Below, piece by piece: positions 19,505 through 28,101 of a DNA stretch of 64,000 bases; the first letter of the stretch is position 1, and the number at the start of each line of letters is the position of its first letter. Below the pieces are notes generated by a model. The model was not told the origin of the DNA and did not search any database. It worked only from the letters and a program-made list of their open reading frames with translations. Location of the stretch: the NCBI GenBank assembly GCA_028715415.1, contig JAQURX010000011.1:1320-65319 (forward strand), read 5' to 3'. The DNA comes from Candidatus Omnitrophota bacterium (lineage in GTDB: Bacteria; Omnitrophota; Gorgyraeia; Gygaellales; Profunditerraquicolaceae). A program made the position numbers and the translations under genes.

Positions 19505-19827
19505 GAATGCCCCCTATGATAATTCCTAACTCCATCAATTTGAATAGAAGTAATTGATTTTAAATCGGAAGGATCCCCATTTAATAACTCAATTAACATT
19601 CTGTAGGGATGCTTAATATCCACAGACCATAGGCTATTCAAATTCCCGGCAAGAGAATGCAATCTGGCTTGTGGTATTTTTGAAATGTCATAAAGATTTT
19701 CTGCAGAGATAAACTCGTTAATTCTTTGAATAATTTCTTTGGATTGTTGAGCGCCATATTCCCTAGTTAATAGTTTATGATCTTCAAATATCTTTTTCAT
19801 CTTACTATTCTTGAACTGAACATCCAT
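19501..19827 (-). CDS. HigB-like (RelE/ParE superfamily, PF05015-like) toxin
   Basis: 108 aa; pattern F.D..L...YG......I..RI..L.......DI...P...LH.L.GN....WSV.I....R.LIEL...D......I.I.DY matches plasmid-maintenance killer HigB family. Confidence 0.5.
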   Translation of the reverse strand: MDVQFKNSKMKKIFEDHKLLTREYGAQQSKEIIQRINEFISAENLYDISKIPQARLHSLAGNLNSLWSVDIKHPYRMLIELLNGDPSDLKSITSIQIDGVRNYHRGHS

Positions 19828-20004
19828 GGCGTGCCTTTCAGAGAAGCAGTTTAACTATAACACAGATATCGGAAATGTCAATAATTTTATTAACCTATTA
19901 GGTTAATAAAATAAATCACAACTTCATTCAAAATATATGAATTCTGGTGAAACATTATTTAATTATTATTTTTGAATTAAATTCCCCAAATAGCTATACC
20001 AATT

Positions 20005-20043
20005 AAAAAACCCTCAATACTTTTCAGCATTGAGGGCTTTTTG
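20005..20043. terminator. Bidirectional terminator-like hairpin (ccctcaat...attgaggg) with flanking A- and T-runs
   Basis: 8-bp stem at 20011-20037, A6 upstream and CTTTTT downstream. Confidence 0.4.
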
Positions 20044-20367
20044 TCCCCAATATCCGAAAAGATCGGATATTGTTATGGGTAATTTATCCCTTGCGTAAGC
20101 GCTCGAAAGTTCCTTAAATTTGCTACCTAAATTTATTAAAGGTATGCAAATTTTGCGGAACTTTCTTCGCACGCTGCGGGATTAATTTTCTACCCGCTAT
20201 TAAGCGGGAAAATTAACTCCCCCTATATGACACGTTTCGCAACCAAGATATTACTCTGGGAATTGAATTAAATACTATCAAATTACTATTTGAAGAAGCG
20301 AATTTAGGGGCAGTTTAACTTTATGCGATATAAGCTGACAGAAAGCTTCACGAGAACCCACGAACCT

Positions 20368-20733
20368 TTATTTCTTTTTAAGCAAGTTCTCAATCTGCTT
20401 CTGTTGCTCAATAATGATTTGTTGATTGGCGTTGTCAATTTTATTTTCTACAGCAGTAATTCTTCTTTCTAACTCAACCTTATCGTTTTTTGACTCAGAA
20501 AATTCTCTATACGTTAGATTATTAAAATGTAACTGGTCTATCACTATTGCCCCTACTGAAATCAGAGCGCTCACGACCATTACAACAATGACTATTACAA
20601 CTACATATAGTAAGGTATTTATGTCCCGAAACTTTTCGTCTGCTTTTTGTTCAAATGGTGATAATTTAACGGAAGCTTCGCTACTTTCGGGAAATTTAAC
20701 TTTTGGCTTTTCTGCTGGCATCTTAATAGACAC
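20368..20733 (-). CDS. Hypothetical single-pass membrane/coiled-coil protein
   Basis: 121 aa; central hydrophobic helix LLYVVVIVIVVMVVSALISVGAIVI, C-terminal coiled coil. Confidence 0.3.
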   Translation of the reverse strand: MSIKMPAEKPKVKFPESSEASVKLSPFEQKADEKFRDINTLLYVVVIVIVVMVVSALISVGAIVIDQLHFNNLTYREFSESKNDKVELERRITAVENKIDNANQQIIIEQQKQIENLLKKK

Positions 20734-20938
20734 CTTTCAAAACGTATACGCCATTCTCAGTTTCAACCTCAAAATCTCTGCCTATATATTGGATGAGGTC
20801 AATTCCGCCAAAAGATACCCCTTTTGAAAAACGAACTCCTGGACCGAATTGAACACCGCCTATTTTGATGGGATGGAGTGGCTCAATACTTCCATCGGGA
20901 TGAGATTGAAATAATTCCCAAAAGGTTATTCTGCTCAT
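20723..20938 (-). CDS. Hypothetical small protein
   Basis: 71-aa ORF directly upstream of and overlapping the 121-aa gene; no motif. Confidence 0.25.
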   Translation of the reverse strand: MSRITFWELFQSHPDGSIEPLHPIKIGGVQFGPGVRFSKGVSFGGIDLIQYIGRDFEVETENGVYVLKGVY

Positions 20939-21013
20939 ATCAATATTATCCTAATAATTATATTGCAATACTATTAAATTAAACAATTGAGAAATATTAT
21001 ACTTTGATATAAA

Positions 21014-22138
21014 ATGATAGTCAATAGATTAAATAAAAAGGTAATGAAAATGAATTATCAAGACAAACTTGACATTATTATCAAGACAATCAGCAAAGAA
21101 AGAGAAAAAGACTCAGACAATCCCTTTATTAGCCTTGACCTCGCCAAAAATAAAGAACTTTCCCTAATCCCTATTGACGAAATAGAAGGAATTATTGACT
21201 GCCTTCGTAAAGAAAAAGTCTTAATACTTCGCAACATAACATATCCTAAAGCTACCGATACTGAGAATGTTTCTCATTATGCCTTAACTCAACAACCTTG
21301 CTATAGTATAGAAATAGCAGAAAGTTTTTCCAACTGGCATTCTGCCTATATCCTCAAAAAATCAACTAAATTAGAAAATCTGAGCTTATTCAATCTTGAA
21401 AAAATTTGCTACCTTGTTCACGATATTGAAGAAAAATTTGAAATCAACCCAAATAAACAAATAATTATAAAATTAACCACAAATTCAATAGAACAATTTC
21501 CGCTTTTAAGAGAAAAATGCTCAATAAATTCTGATATTATCCCTTATAGAAAAGAAGCGTTGGAATATCTAAAAGACCACAGCATTATCTCTCATTACGA
21601 AATTAAACACTCTGAATATGCGGATAGCGAAATAGGCATATTACTAAACGTCAATGAGTTTAATAATTTTAAAAAAGAAATAACCAAAATATATGAAGAT
21701 AAACGTAAAAAACAAAATAAACAAATTCCTGCCCCTATGATACCTAAAACAGGCTCAGAAACACCAAAAGAATTTGCTAAAAAGCTTCAGCGTGAAATTG
21801 TCTATGAAATAAAATATACTGAAAACGGAGAAATTTTTCTTAATAATTTCCTATTTGCCAAAGTGCAGTTTAATGGAGAAAATGAGGCTGTTTTTAGTTA
21901 CCTTTTCAAACACCCGAATAAGAGAATAACAAAAGCAGAGTTCAAAGAAAAGGCTGGTTACTCTGTTGGAAAACCGCTTCATAAGATTGTTGAAAACTTA
22001 GGCTTTACAGGAAATCTCCGAAAAGCTTTCTTTAACGTATCCGAACAGGCTATACTCTTCAGAAATCCTCTCACAAAAAAAGAATTAGAAAAGCTCAATA
22101 TCCCTCAGTTAAAACTCAAGAAAAAAGCCATTTCTTAA
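21014..22138 (+). CDS. Hypothetical protein (no recognised domain), first gene of island operon
   Basis: 374-aa ORF, Lys/Glu-rich; no confident motif match. Confidence 0.35.
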   Translation: MIVNRLNKKVMKMNYQDKLDIIIKTISKEREKDSDNPFISLDLAKNKELSLIPIDEIEGIIDCLRKEKVLILRNITYPKATDTENVSHYALTQQPCYSIEIAESFSNWHSAYILKKSTKLENLSLFNLEKICYLVHDIEEKFEINPNKQIIIKLTTNSIEQFPLLREKCSINSDIIPYRKEALEYLKDHSIISHYEIKHSEYADSEIGILLNVNEFNNFKKEITKIYEDKRKKQNKQIPAPMIPKTGSETPKEFAKKLQREIVYEIKYTENGEIFLNNFLFAKVQFNGENEAVFSYLFKHPNKRITKAEFKEKAGYSVGKPLHKIVENLGFTGNLRKAFFNVSEQAILFRNPLTKKELEKLNIPQLKLKKKAIS

Positions 22139-22254
22139 TTTAAAAACTACTATTTAATATTCCGAAATTCGTTATAGTTAAAACATTCCCAACCTCTCCT
22201 AAACATACCTAAGTTACCCTAAATTAATAAGCCCTGTCGTATTCTTGATATACT

Positions 22255-22449
22255 TTGAGTGTGAATAATAAAACTGAATTAAAAACACTCATAGCTAACC
22301 ATATCAAAATTAAAACGGAAGAAGTACCTTCTGATTCCGAATTAACCGATTATGCAGATAATCTTGTATCCTTTGTTAAACTTCTAATTGAAGCGGATAA
22401 AAAAAATAATGAACGTAAAAATCTCCGAAATCCAGATATTACCAATTAA
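22255..22449 (+). CDS. Hypothetical small protein
   Basis: 64-aa ORF in operon context; overlaps start region of SpoVG-like gene. Confidence 0.2.
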   Translation: MSVNNKTELKTLIANHIKIKTEEVPSDSELTDYADNLVSFVKLLIEADKKNNERKNLRNPDITN

Positions 22450-22708
22450 GCCTTTAAACGGTTTAGTAGCTTTTGCCAGCTTCTTATTAAACGATAGCCT
22501 TTATCTTGGCTCAATCGCCATTATGACCCGCCCTCAAGGCGGTTATAGGCTTCTCTACCCTACCAAAAAAGTAGGCGCAAGAAATCTAAATATTTATCAT
22601 CCTATCAACAAGGAATTTGCAGAGTTGATTGAAAAAGAAGTAATAATGAAATTTGAAAAGGTAATGAATAAATATGATAGATACAATTGTTTTAACTCTA
22701 CCGCCTGA
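22409..22708 (+). CDS. SpoVG-like nucleic-acid-binding protein
   Basis: MNVKISEIQILPIKPLNGLVAFASFLLNDSLYLGSIAIMTRPQGGYRLLYPTKK...IYHPINKEFAELIEKEV parallels SpoVG (ITDVRI...ASITLD..FVVHDIRVI.G..GLFVAMPS...HPIN); start set at internal Met. Confidence 0.45.
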   Translation: MNVKISEIQILPIKPLNGLVAFASFLLNDSLYLGSIAIMTRPQGGYRLLYPTKKVGARNLNIYHPINKEFAELIEKEVIMKFEKVMNKYDRYNCFNSTA

Positions 22709-23825
22709 GCTTTTTGCTATTACAGAGCATAATAGATTTGACCCTTCTACAAAAGGCTTATTTGAGCGCCCTTACTATACGCTCGGCGGAAGGGGTAATT
22801 TCTCTTGTTTCCAGAATCCGACTAAGGAAGAATTTGAAAAAGGCATATACAAACCAAGACTTACCGCTACCAAACGTATGGGAAAAGGCGCATTCATAAC
22901 AACCTTAAAGATTGAATTTTCTATACCTAAGCTACTCTTCGGAAATAACTTTGACGAGGTTGAAGAACACCACTTTGACAAAATTGTTAACCTGTTACAA
23001 AAAAGACTGCAAGAAATGGGCGTATTAGTCTTTGAACACGTTTTAAAAAGTGCTCCTGTCTCAGCAGTGCATTATTCCAAAAATATAGCTCTTACAGACT
23101 ATTCAACACCTTCTGCTATTCTTAAGGAGCTATCAAAGATAAACCTAAACCAGAAACTTGATTTAAACCAAACGGACTTTAGAAATGAAGGGCATAGCTT
23201 GAAGTTTAGGGCTAACTATTTTGAAATATCTCTATACGACAAACTGAAAGACCTTAAAAAAGCCAAGACCAGCGAAAAAAGAGCCATTGAAAGAGATAAC
23301 GCCCTACAACTGACCCTATTTGACGATTTAAAGCCCAAGAAGCCTTTTGAAGTCTTGCGTATGGAAATAAGGTTAAACAATCGGGTAAAGATAAAGCAGG
23401 TCTTTAAAACGCTAAATATATCCTGTGAGATAATCTTCTCTTCTCTATTCAAAAAAGACATCTCTCAGAAAATCCTGCTCTCATACTTGAATGAAATTAA
23501 AAACGGTTATTCCCTGCTTGCCTATAAACCCAAAACTATGAAGGATTTTATAATTGATTTTAGAATGCAAAACCCCAAAGTAAAAATAAGAAAAATGCTT
23601 CAGGTCTTAGGGCTAAAAATGGCTTGCAATGATATGGGAATACGTGAATTTAGAAAATCAACAGAGTTTTACGGAGACTACAGCTGGTATAGATTAAAAA
23701 AGGATTTAACCGCTTATAAATATCCTAAGAGGCAATTATCAGTAATAAAACCAATTGAAAAGGCTTTGCTTGATTTTACTCCTCTAAGATTAGCTGACTT
23801 TGAAGAAAAGAAACAAACTACTTGA
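22674..23825 (+). CDS. Hypothetical protein, possibly replication-initiation (Rep_trans-like) protein of a mobile element
   Basis: 383 aa; N-terminus MIDTIVLTLPPELF reminiscent of rolling-circle Rep_trans proteins; assignment weak. Confidence 0.25.
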   Translation: MIDTIVLTLPPELFAITEHNRFDPSTKGLFERPYYTLGGRGNFSCFQNPTKEEFEKGIYKPRLTATKRMGKGAFITTLKIEFSIPKLLFGNNFDEVEEHHFDKIVNLLQKRLQEMGVLVFEHVLKSAPVSAVHYSKNIALTDYSTPSAILKELSKINLNQKLDLNQTDFRNEGHSLKFRANYFEISLYDKLKDLKKAKTSEKRAIERDNALQLTLFDDLKPKKPFEVLRMEIRLNNRVKIKQVFKTLNISCEIIFSSLFKKDISQKILLSYLNEIKNGYSLLAYKPKTMKDFIIDFRMQNPKVKIRKMLQVLGLKMACNDMGIREFRKSTEFYGDYSWYRLKKDLTAYKYPKRQLSVIKPIEKALLDFTPLRLADFEEKKQTT

Positions 23826-23847
23826 CTTATAAACATTATGTTATAGG

Positions 23848-24051
23848 ATGTTATATATGGAACTAATAAAGAGACTGGAAACTTACCGATTAGAAAATAG
23901 ACTCACCCAACAAGAACTTGCCAAGAAGCTCGGAGTTGCTTTTGCTACAGTTAATCGCTGGTTTAACGACAGGACAAAACCTAACCACATTCAGACTTAT
24001 CAAATTGAGAAGCTACTAAAAGAAAGGTCTAAAAATGCCAAAGGAAAATAA
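23848..24051 (+). CDS. Small HTH (XRE-family) transcriptional regulator, possible controller (C) protein of RM module
   Basis: LTQQELAKKLGVAFATVNRWFNDRTKP helix-turn-helix; 67 aa; immediately upstream of methyltransferase gene, overlapping its start. Confidence 0.55.
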   Translation: MLYMELIKRLETYRLENRLTQQELAKKLGVAFATVNRWFNDRTKPNHIQTYQIEKLLKERSKNAKGK

Positions 24052-25840
24052 AAAAGAAATCCAAGAATCAATCTTTATGCGTAATATTCAAAGAGGCATT
24101 GATAAAGGCATTATCTCCCTCTCCCCTGACCAATCAAAAATAACTTACCATTGCTCACGAGAATATACAACTGGCTTTAAGAACCCAGAAGAAAAAGTAA
24201 GGGCTTCTTACTTTGCTGAACTTATTTTAGATTATGATTACCCGCAAAAAAGAATAGATTTTGAGGTAACTGTTCCCAGAAGAACCCCAGAAGACAGGGC
24301 TGATATTGTTGTTTATGAAGACGATGAATTAAAGAAGCCTTATTTAGTAGTTGAGTGTAAGAAGGACGGTATAACCGAAGCAGAGCGTAAACAGGCGATT
24401 GAGCAAGCTTTTGGCAATGCCAATAGCCTAAGAGGACAACTTGCTTCTGTTGTAGCAGGAACAACAAAGACCGCTTTTGATGTTGCAGGATTTAAGCCAA
24501 AGGAACGAGAAAAAAATGTTATTTCGGATATACCTAAAAAATACGGCAGAACTCCGAAATATAAATTTGTAAAAGGCGAGCCTGAAAAGGAGTTAAAGAC
24601 AGTTTCCAAAGATGAACTTATCAGCGCATTGCAGAAATGCCACGATACAGTCTGGCAGGGCGGAAGGCTTGCGCCGACAACAGCCTTTGATGAAGTATCA
24701 AAACTTCTCTTCTGTAAACTAAAGGATGAAAAGGACACTCCTAAAAATGAAAATTATCAATTCCAAATAGGAACACACGAAAGTGCCGAAGAAATATCTA
24801 ACCGAATAGGTAAAATATACCAAAAAGCCAAAAAACAAGACGAAGAAGTATTTAAAGAGGATATACGGCTTGAGCCGAAAGTTATTTATAACGTAGTTGA
24901 GCATTTACAGGGCTTAGCTATAAATAAGATTGATTTAGACACCAAAGGAATCGCCTTTGAGAAGTTTATGGAAGACTTCTTTAAGGGTAAAATGGGACAA
25001 TTTTTTACTCCGAGAGAGATAATTAGATTCTGTATTAAAATGCTGAACCCAGAAAAAGATGAATCGGTCTTAGACCCTGCCTGCGGAAGCGGTGGCTTTC
25101 TGCTTAATGCAATGGATAAAATTAGGGAATTTGCCGAACAGCACTATGACGAACAAGAAGCATATAACCATTGGCACGAATTTGCCAAGAATAACCTTTA
25201 CGGTATAGAAATAAATGACCAAATTGCACGAGTTTGTAAAATGAATATGATAATCCACGATGACGGACATACTAACGTTATTAGCACTGACTCGTTACGT
25301 GATTTTGAAGAAATAAACGATATGCACCCAAAGTTTAACAAAGATAAATTTGATATTATTCTTACAAACCCCCCTTTTGGCGCAGTGGTTAAATCAACCG
25401 AAAAAGACTACTTAGATAAATATAGTCTTGGAAAGGATAAAGATAATCAGAAAACCGAAATAATGTTTATTGAGCGTTGCATTGATTTTATTAAGCCCAA
25501 GACTGGAAGGATTGCCATAGTTTTACCTGACGGAATATTGACTAACTCTTCTTTGCAATATGTAAGAGACTTTATTATGGAGCGGTGCCAGATTTTAGCG
25601 ATTGTGTCGCTTCCGCAATTTGCCTTTACCCATTACGGAGCTGGTGTTAAGTCCTCTCTTGTATTCCTACGCAGGAAAAGCGAAAAGGAAAAAGCGGAAA
25701 ATTACCCTATCTTTATGGCTATTTCCGAACATATTGGCTATGACGCAACAGGCAGAACTGACCCAATAAACGAATTAGAGACGATTTACGAAGAGTATCA
25801 GAAATTCCTAAAAAATCCGAGTGGATATAAAGGAGATTAA
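24035..25840 (+). CDS. HsdR_N-like PD-(D/E)xK nuclease domain fused to N6-adenine DNA methyltransferase (Type IIB/IIG- or type I HsdM-like RM subunit)
   Basis: N-terminal RADIVVYEDDELKKPYLVVECKKDG (HSDR_N-type D...ExK); methyltransferase motif I DPACGSGGFLL and motif IV ILTNPPFG; 601 aa. Confidence 0.7.
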   Translation: MPKENKKEIQESIFMRNIQRGIDKGIISLSPDQSKITYHCSREYTTGFKNPEEKVRASYFAELILDYDYPQKRIDFEVTVPRRTPEDRADIVVYEDDELKKPYLVVECKKDGITEAERKQAIEQAFGNANSLRGQLASVVAGTTKTAFDVAGFKPKEREKNVISDIPKKYGRTPKYKFVKGEPEKELKTVSKDELISALQKCHDTVWQGGRLAPTTAFDEVSKLLFCKLKDEKDTPKNENYQFQIGTHESAEEISNRIGKIYQKAKKQDEEVFKEDIRLEPKVIYNVVEHLQGLAINKIDLDTKGIAFEKFMEDFFKGKMGQFFTPREIIRFCIKMLNPEKDESVLDPACGSGGFLLNAMDKIREFAEQHYDEQEAYNHWHEFAKNNLYGIEINDQIARVCKMNMIIHDDGHTNVISTDSLRDFEEINDMHPKFNKDKFDIILTNPPFGAVVKSTEKDYLDKYSLGKDKDNQKTEIMFIERCIDFIKPKTGRIAIVLPDGILTNSSLQYVRDFIMERCQILAIVSLPQFAFTHYGAGVKSSLVFLRRKSEKEKAENYPIFMAISEHIGYDATGRTDPINELETIYEEYQKFLKNPSGYKGD

Positions 25841-25843
25841 ACA

Positions 25844-26728
25844 ATGGCTATATTTAACGTTACCAATGATACCTTAAAGAAATTAACCATAAAAAGGTTT
25901 AAAAACGAAAAAGAACTGCAAACTCTCTTTGAAAAGAATACTGAGACTATTTTTGGAGTTAGGCTTCTTGCTTCTGAATTTGAGACAACTCACGGTGGTA
26001 GAATTGATACGTTAGGCATAGATGAAGATAATGCGCCCGTAATCATTGAATACAAAGAAAATGAAAAAGACAATATCATTAATCAAGGTCTCTTCTATCT
26101 TGATTGGCTTATTGACCATAAAGGAGACTTTGAGATGTTGGTATATAACAAATGCGGAGAAAAGATAAAAATCAACTGGGATGAACCAAGACTAATTTTA
26201 GTAGCACAAAATTTTAACGATTACGATAAATATGCGGTAAATAGGATTGCTGAAAATATAGAGTTATGGAAATATACAATCTATGAAAATGACGTCCTAC
26301 TTGTAGAGCGCATTAACCTACCTAAAGAAGATAAACAAAAACAGAAAGTTAAATCTAAAAAGATAGTATTTGAAGAATATTCTTATGATGACCATTTGAA
26401 AGGAAAAAACAGTAATATAAAAAATCTTGTTTTAAAACTTAAGGAACAAATTCTTAGTTTAGACTCACATATACAAGAAAAGGTAAAAAAACACTATATC
26501 GCTTTTGCGCTTGAAAGGAATTTCTGCGAATTTGTTGTTCAAGTCAACTCTGTAAGAGTTCATCTTGATATTGAGAAAGATAGACTAAAAGACCCTAAAA
26601 ATATCGTAGAAGACCGCTCGCAAACAGGTCATTGGGCTACAGGGAATAGCGTAATAAAAGTAACGAACGAAAATGAAATCCCTTATCTTATGGGATTGGT
26701 AAAACAAAGTTACGAAAATAAACTGTAA
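25844..26728 (+). CDS. NucS/DUF91-like PD-(D/E)xK nuclease-domain protein embedded in RM operon
   Basis: GGRIDTLGIDEDNAPVIIEYKENEKDNIINQGLFYLDWL resembles NucS/DUF4263 catalytic core (GRIDLLa.D..g.lvvIElK); 294 aa. Confidence 0.5.
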   Translation: MAIFNVTNDTLKKLTIKRFKNEKELQTLFEKNTETIFGVRLLASEFETTHGGRIDTLGIDEDNAPVIIEYKENEKDNIINQGLFYLDWLIDHKGDFEMLVYNKCGEKIKINWDEPRLILVAQNFNDYDKYAVNRIAENIELWKYTIYENDVLLVERINLPKEDKQKQKVKSKKIVFEEYSYDDHLKGKNSNIKNLVLKLKEQILSLDSHIQEKVKKHYIAFALERNFCEFVVQVNSVRVHLDIEKDRLKDPKNIVEDRSQTGHWATGNSVIKVTNENEIPYLMGLVKQSYENKL

Positions 26729-26736
26729 GGGAAAAT

Positions 26737-28101
26737 ATGGAATGTTTTAAGATTAATTCTAATGAGGTTGAAGGACGACTTGACTGTTTCTACTATAAAC
26801 CAGAATTTGTTGAATTAGAGAAACGAATTAAGCGCTTAACTTCTAAAACACTGAGAGATTATATTGTAAATATCGCTGGCGGTGCGACACCAGATAAAGA
26901 TGAAAGCGAAAAATATTATTCAGATGAAACCAATGGTATACCATTTTTAAGAGTTCAAAACCTATCCGAAGAAGGTTTGAATTTTGACAATATTAAATTT
27001 ATAAATACCGAAACTCATAATGGTATGCTTAAAAGAAGCCAAGTTAAAGAAGGTTATCTTCTGACGAAGATTACAGGCGTTGGCAGAATGGCAGTATCTT
27101 CTGTTGCACCAAAAGGATTTGAAGGAAACATAAACCAACATATAGTCGCAATCAAAACAGAGAGCTATAAAACAAGCGAAGTATTAGCAAATTTTCTTAA
27201 TTCAGATATAGGCGAACGGTTAGCCTTCAGACGTTCAACTGGTGGCACGAGACCCGCCTTAGATTACGAAGCGTTAAAAACTATTCCTATTGTATTTGAA
27301 CCAAAAATTGTCTCAATTATGCAGTCTGCCTTTGAGCAAAAAAAACAAAAAGAACAAGAAGCGGATAAATTATTAAATTCAATGTATGGATTTGTGCTTG
27401 ATGAACTTGGTATAAAGTTACCAGAGCTGAAAGATAAGAAATGTTACTCCGTAGATTCTGGCGATATTAAAAGCCGTCTTGACCCATATTATCACAAACC
27501 ATCTTTTTTAAATAGATACAAGGCTATCAAAGCGTCTAAATATACTGTTTATGATTTCAGAGAGTTGTTGCTTGAAGTAAAAAACGGCGTTGAAATTAGG
27601 ACATACTCCGAAAAAGGTAATAGATATATGCGGGTAACGGATTTAGGAGAGACAGGAATAGTTGACCATAATCCCCGATATGTATTTGCAAAGGAAATCC
27701 CTGAAAGAATCAAGCTAACAACTAAAGATTTTCTTATATCTCGGTCTGGCTCTTTAGGCTTGGTATCTGTAGTAACAGAGAATATGCTCAATTATATTTT
27801 AAGCTCTCACATATTTAAAATAACCCTTGATTTCGCAAAGCTAAATCCTTTTTACTTACAGGCTTTTCTCAGAAGCAATATTGGACAATTTCAATTCTTC
27901 CATAATAATAACGGCGGTATTATTCCAGAAATAAACCAAGAGGCTTTAAAGTCAATAAAGATTGTAGTCCCACCTTTAGATATTCAACAGAAAATTGCTA
28001 ACGAGGTTGAAAGGCGTATGGATGAAGCAGGAAAATTGAAAAGCGAAGCCAATAACTTAATTGATAAGGCAAAAAGAGAAGTAGAAACGTTAATCTTATG
28101 A
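26737..28101 (+). CDS. hsdS: Restriction-modification specificity subunit (HsdS-like, two target-recognition domains)
   Basis: 454 aa with two repeated TRD halves (LDCFYYKPEF... and LDPYYHKPSF...) and conserved central/terminal coiled-coil spacers. Confidence 0.7.
   Translation: MECFKINSNEVEGRLDCFYYKPEFVELEKRIKRLTSKTLRDYIVNIAGGATPDKDESEKYYSDETNGIPFLRVQNLSEEGLNFDNIKFINTETHNGMLKRSQVKEGYLLTKITGVGRMAVSSVAPKGFEGNINQHIVAIKTESYKTSEVLANFLNSDIGERLAFRRSTGGTRPALDYEALKTIPIVFEPKIVSIMQSAFEQKKQKEQEADKLLNSMYGFVLDELGIKLPELKDKKCYSVDSGDIKSRLDPYYHKPSFLNRYKAIKASKYTVYDFRELLLEVKNGVEIRTYSEKGNRYMRVTDLGETGIVDHNPRYVFAKEIPERIKLTTKDFLISRSGSLGLVSVVTENMLNYILSSHIFKITLDFAKLNPFYLQAFLRSNIGQFQFFHNNNGGIIPEINQEALKSIKIVVPPLDIQQKIANEVERRMDEAGKLKSEANNLIDKAKREVETLIL

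Noticed and set aside
16805-20367. Searched for a direct repeat of the tRNA-Asn 3' end to define the island's left att site
   Set aside because: No convincing match seen by eye in the non-coding stretches at 16.8-17.0 kb or 19.83-20.37 kb; left boundary left undefined.
24035-28101. Looked for an hsdR (SF2 helicase/restriction) gene to complete a type I system
   Set aside because: None present in the operon or flanks; the nuclease function seems supplied by the fused HsdR_N domain and/or the NucS-like protein instead.
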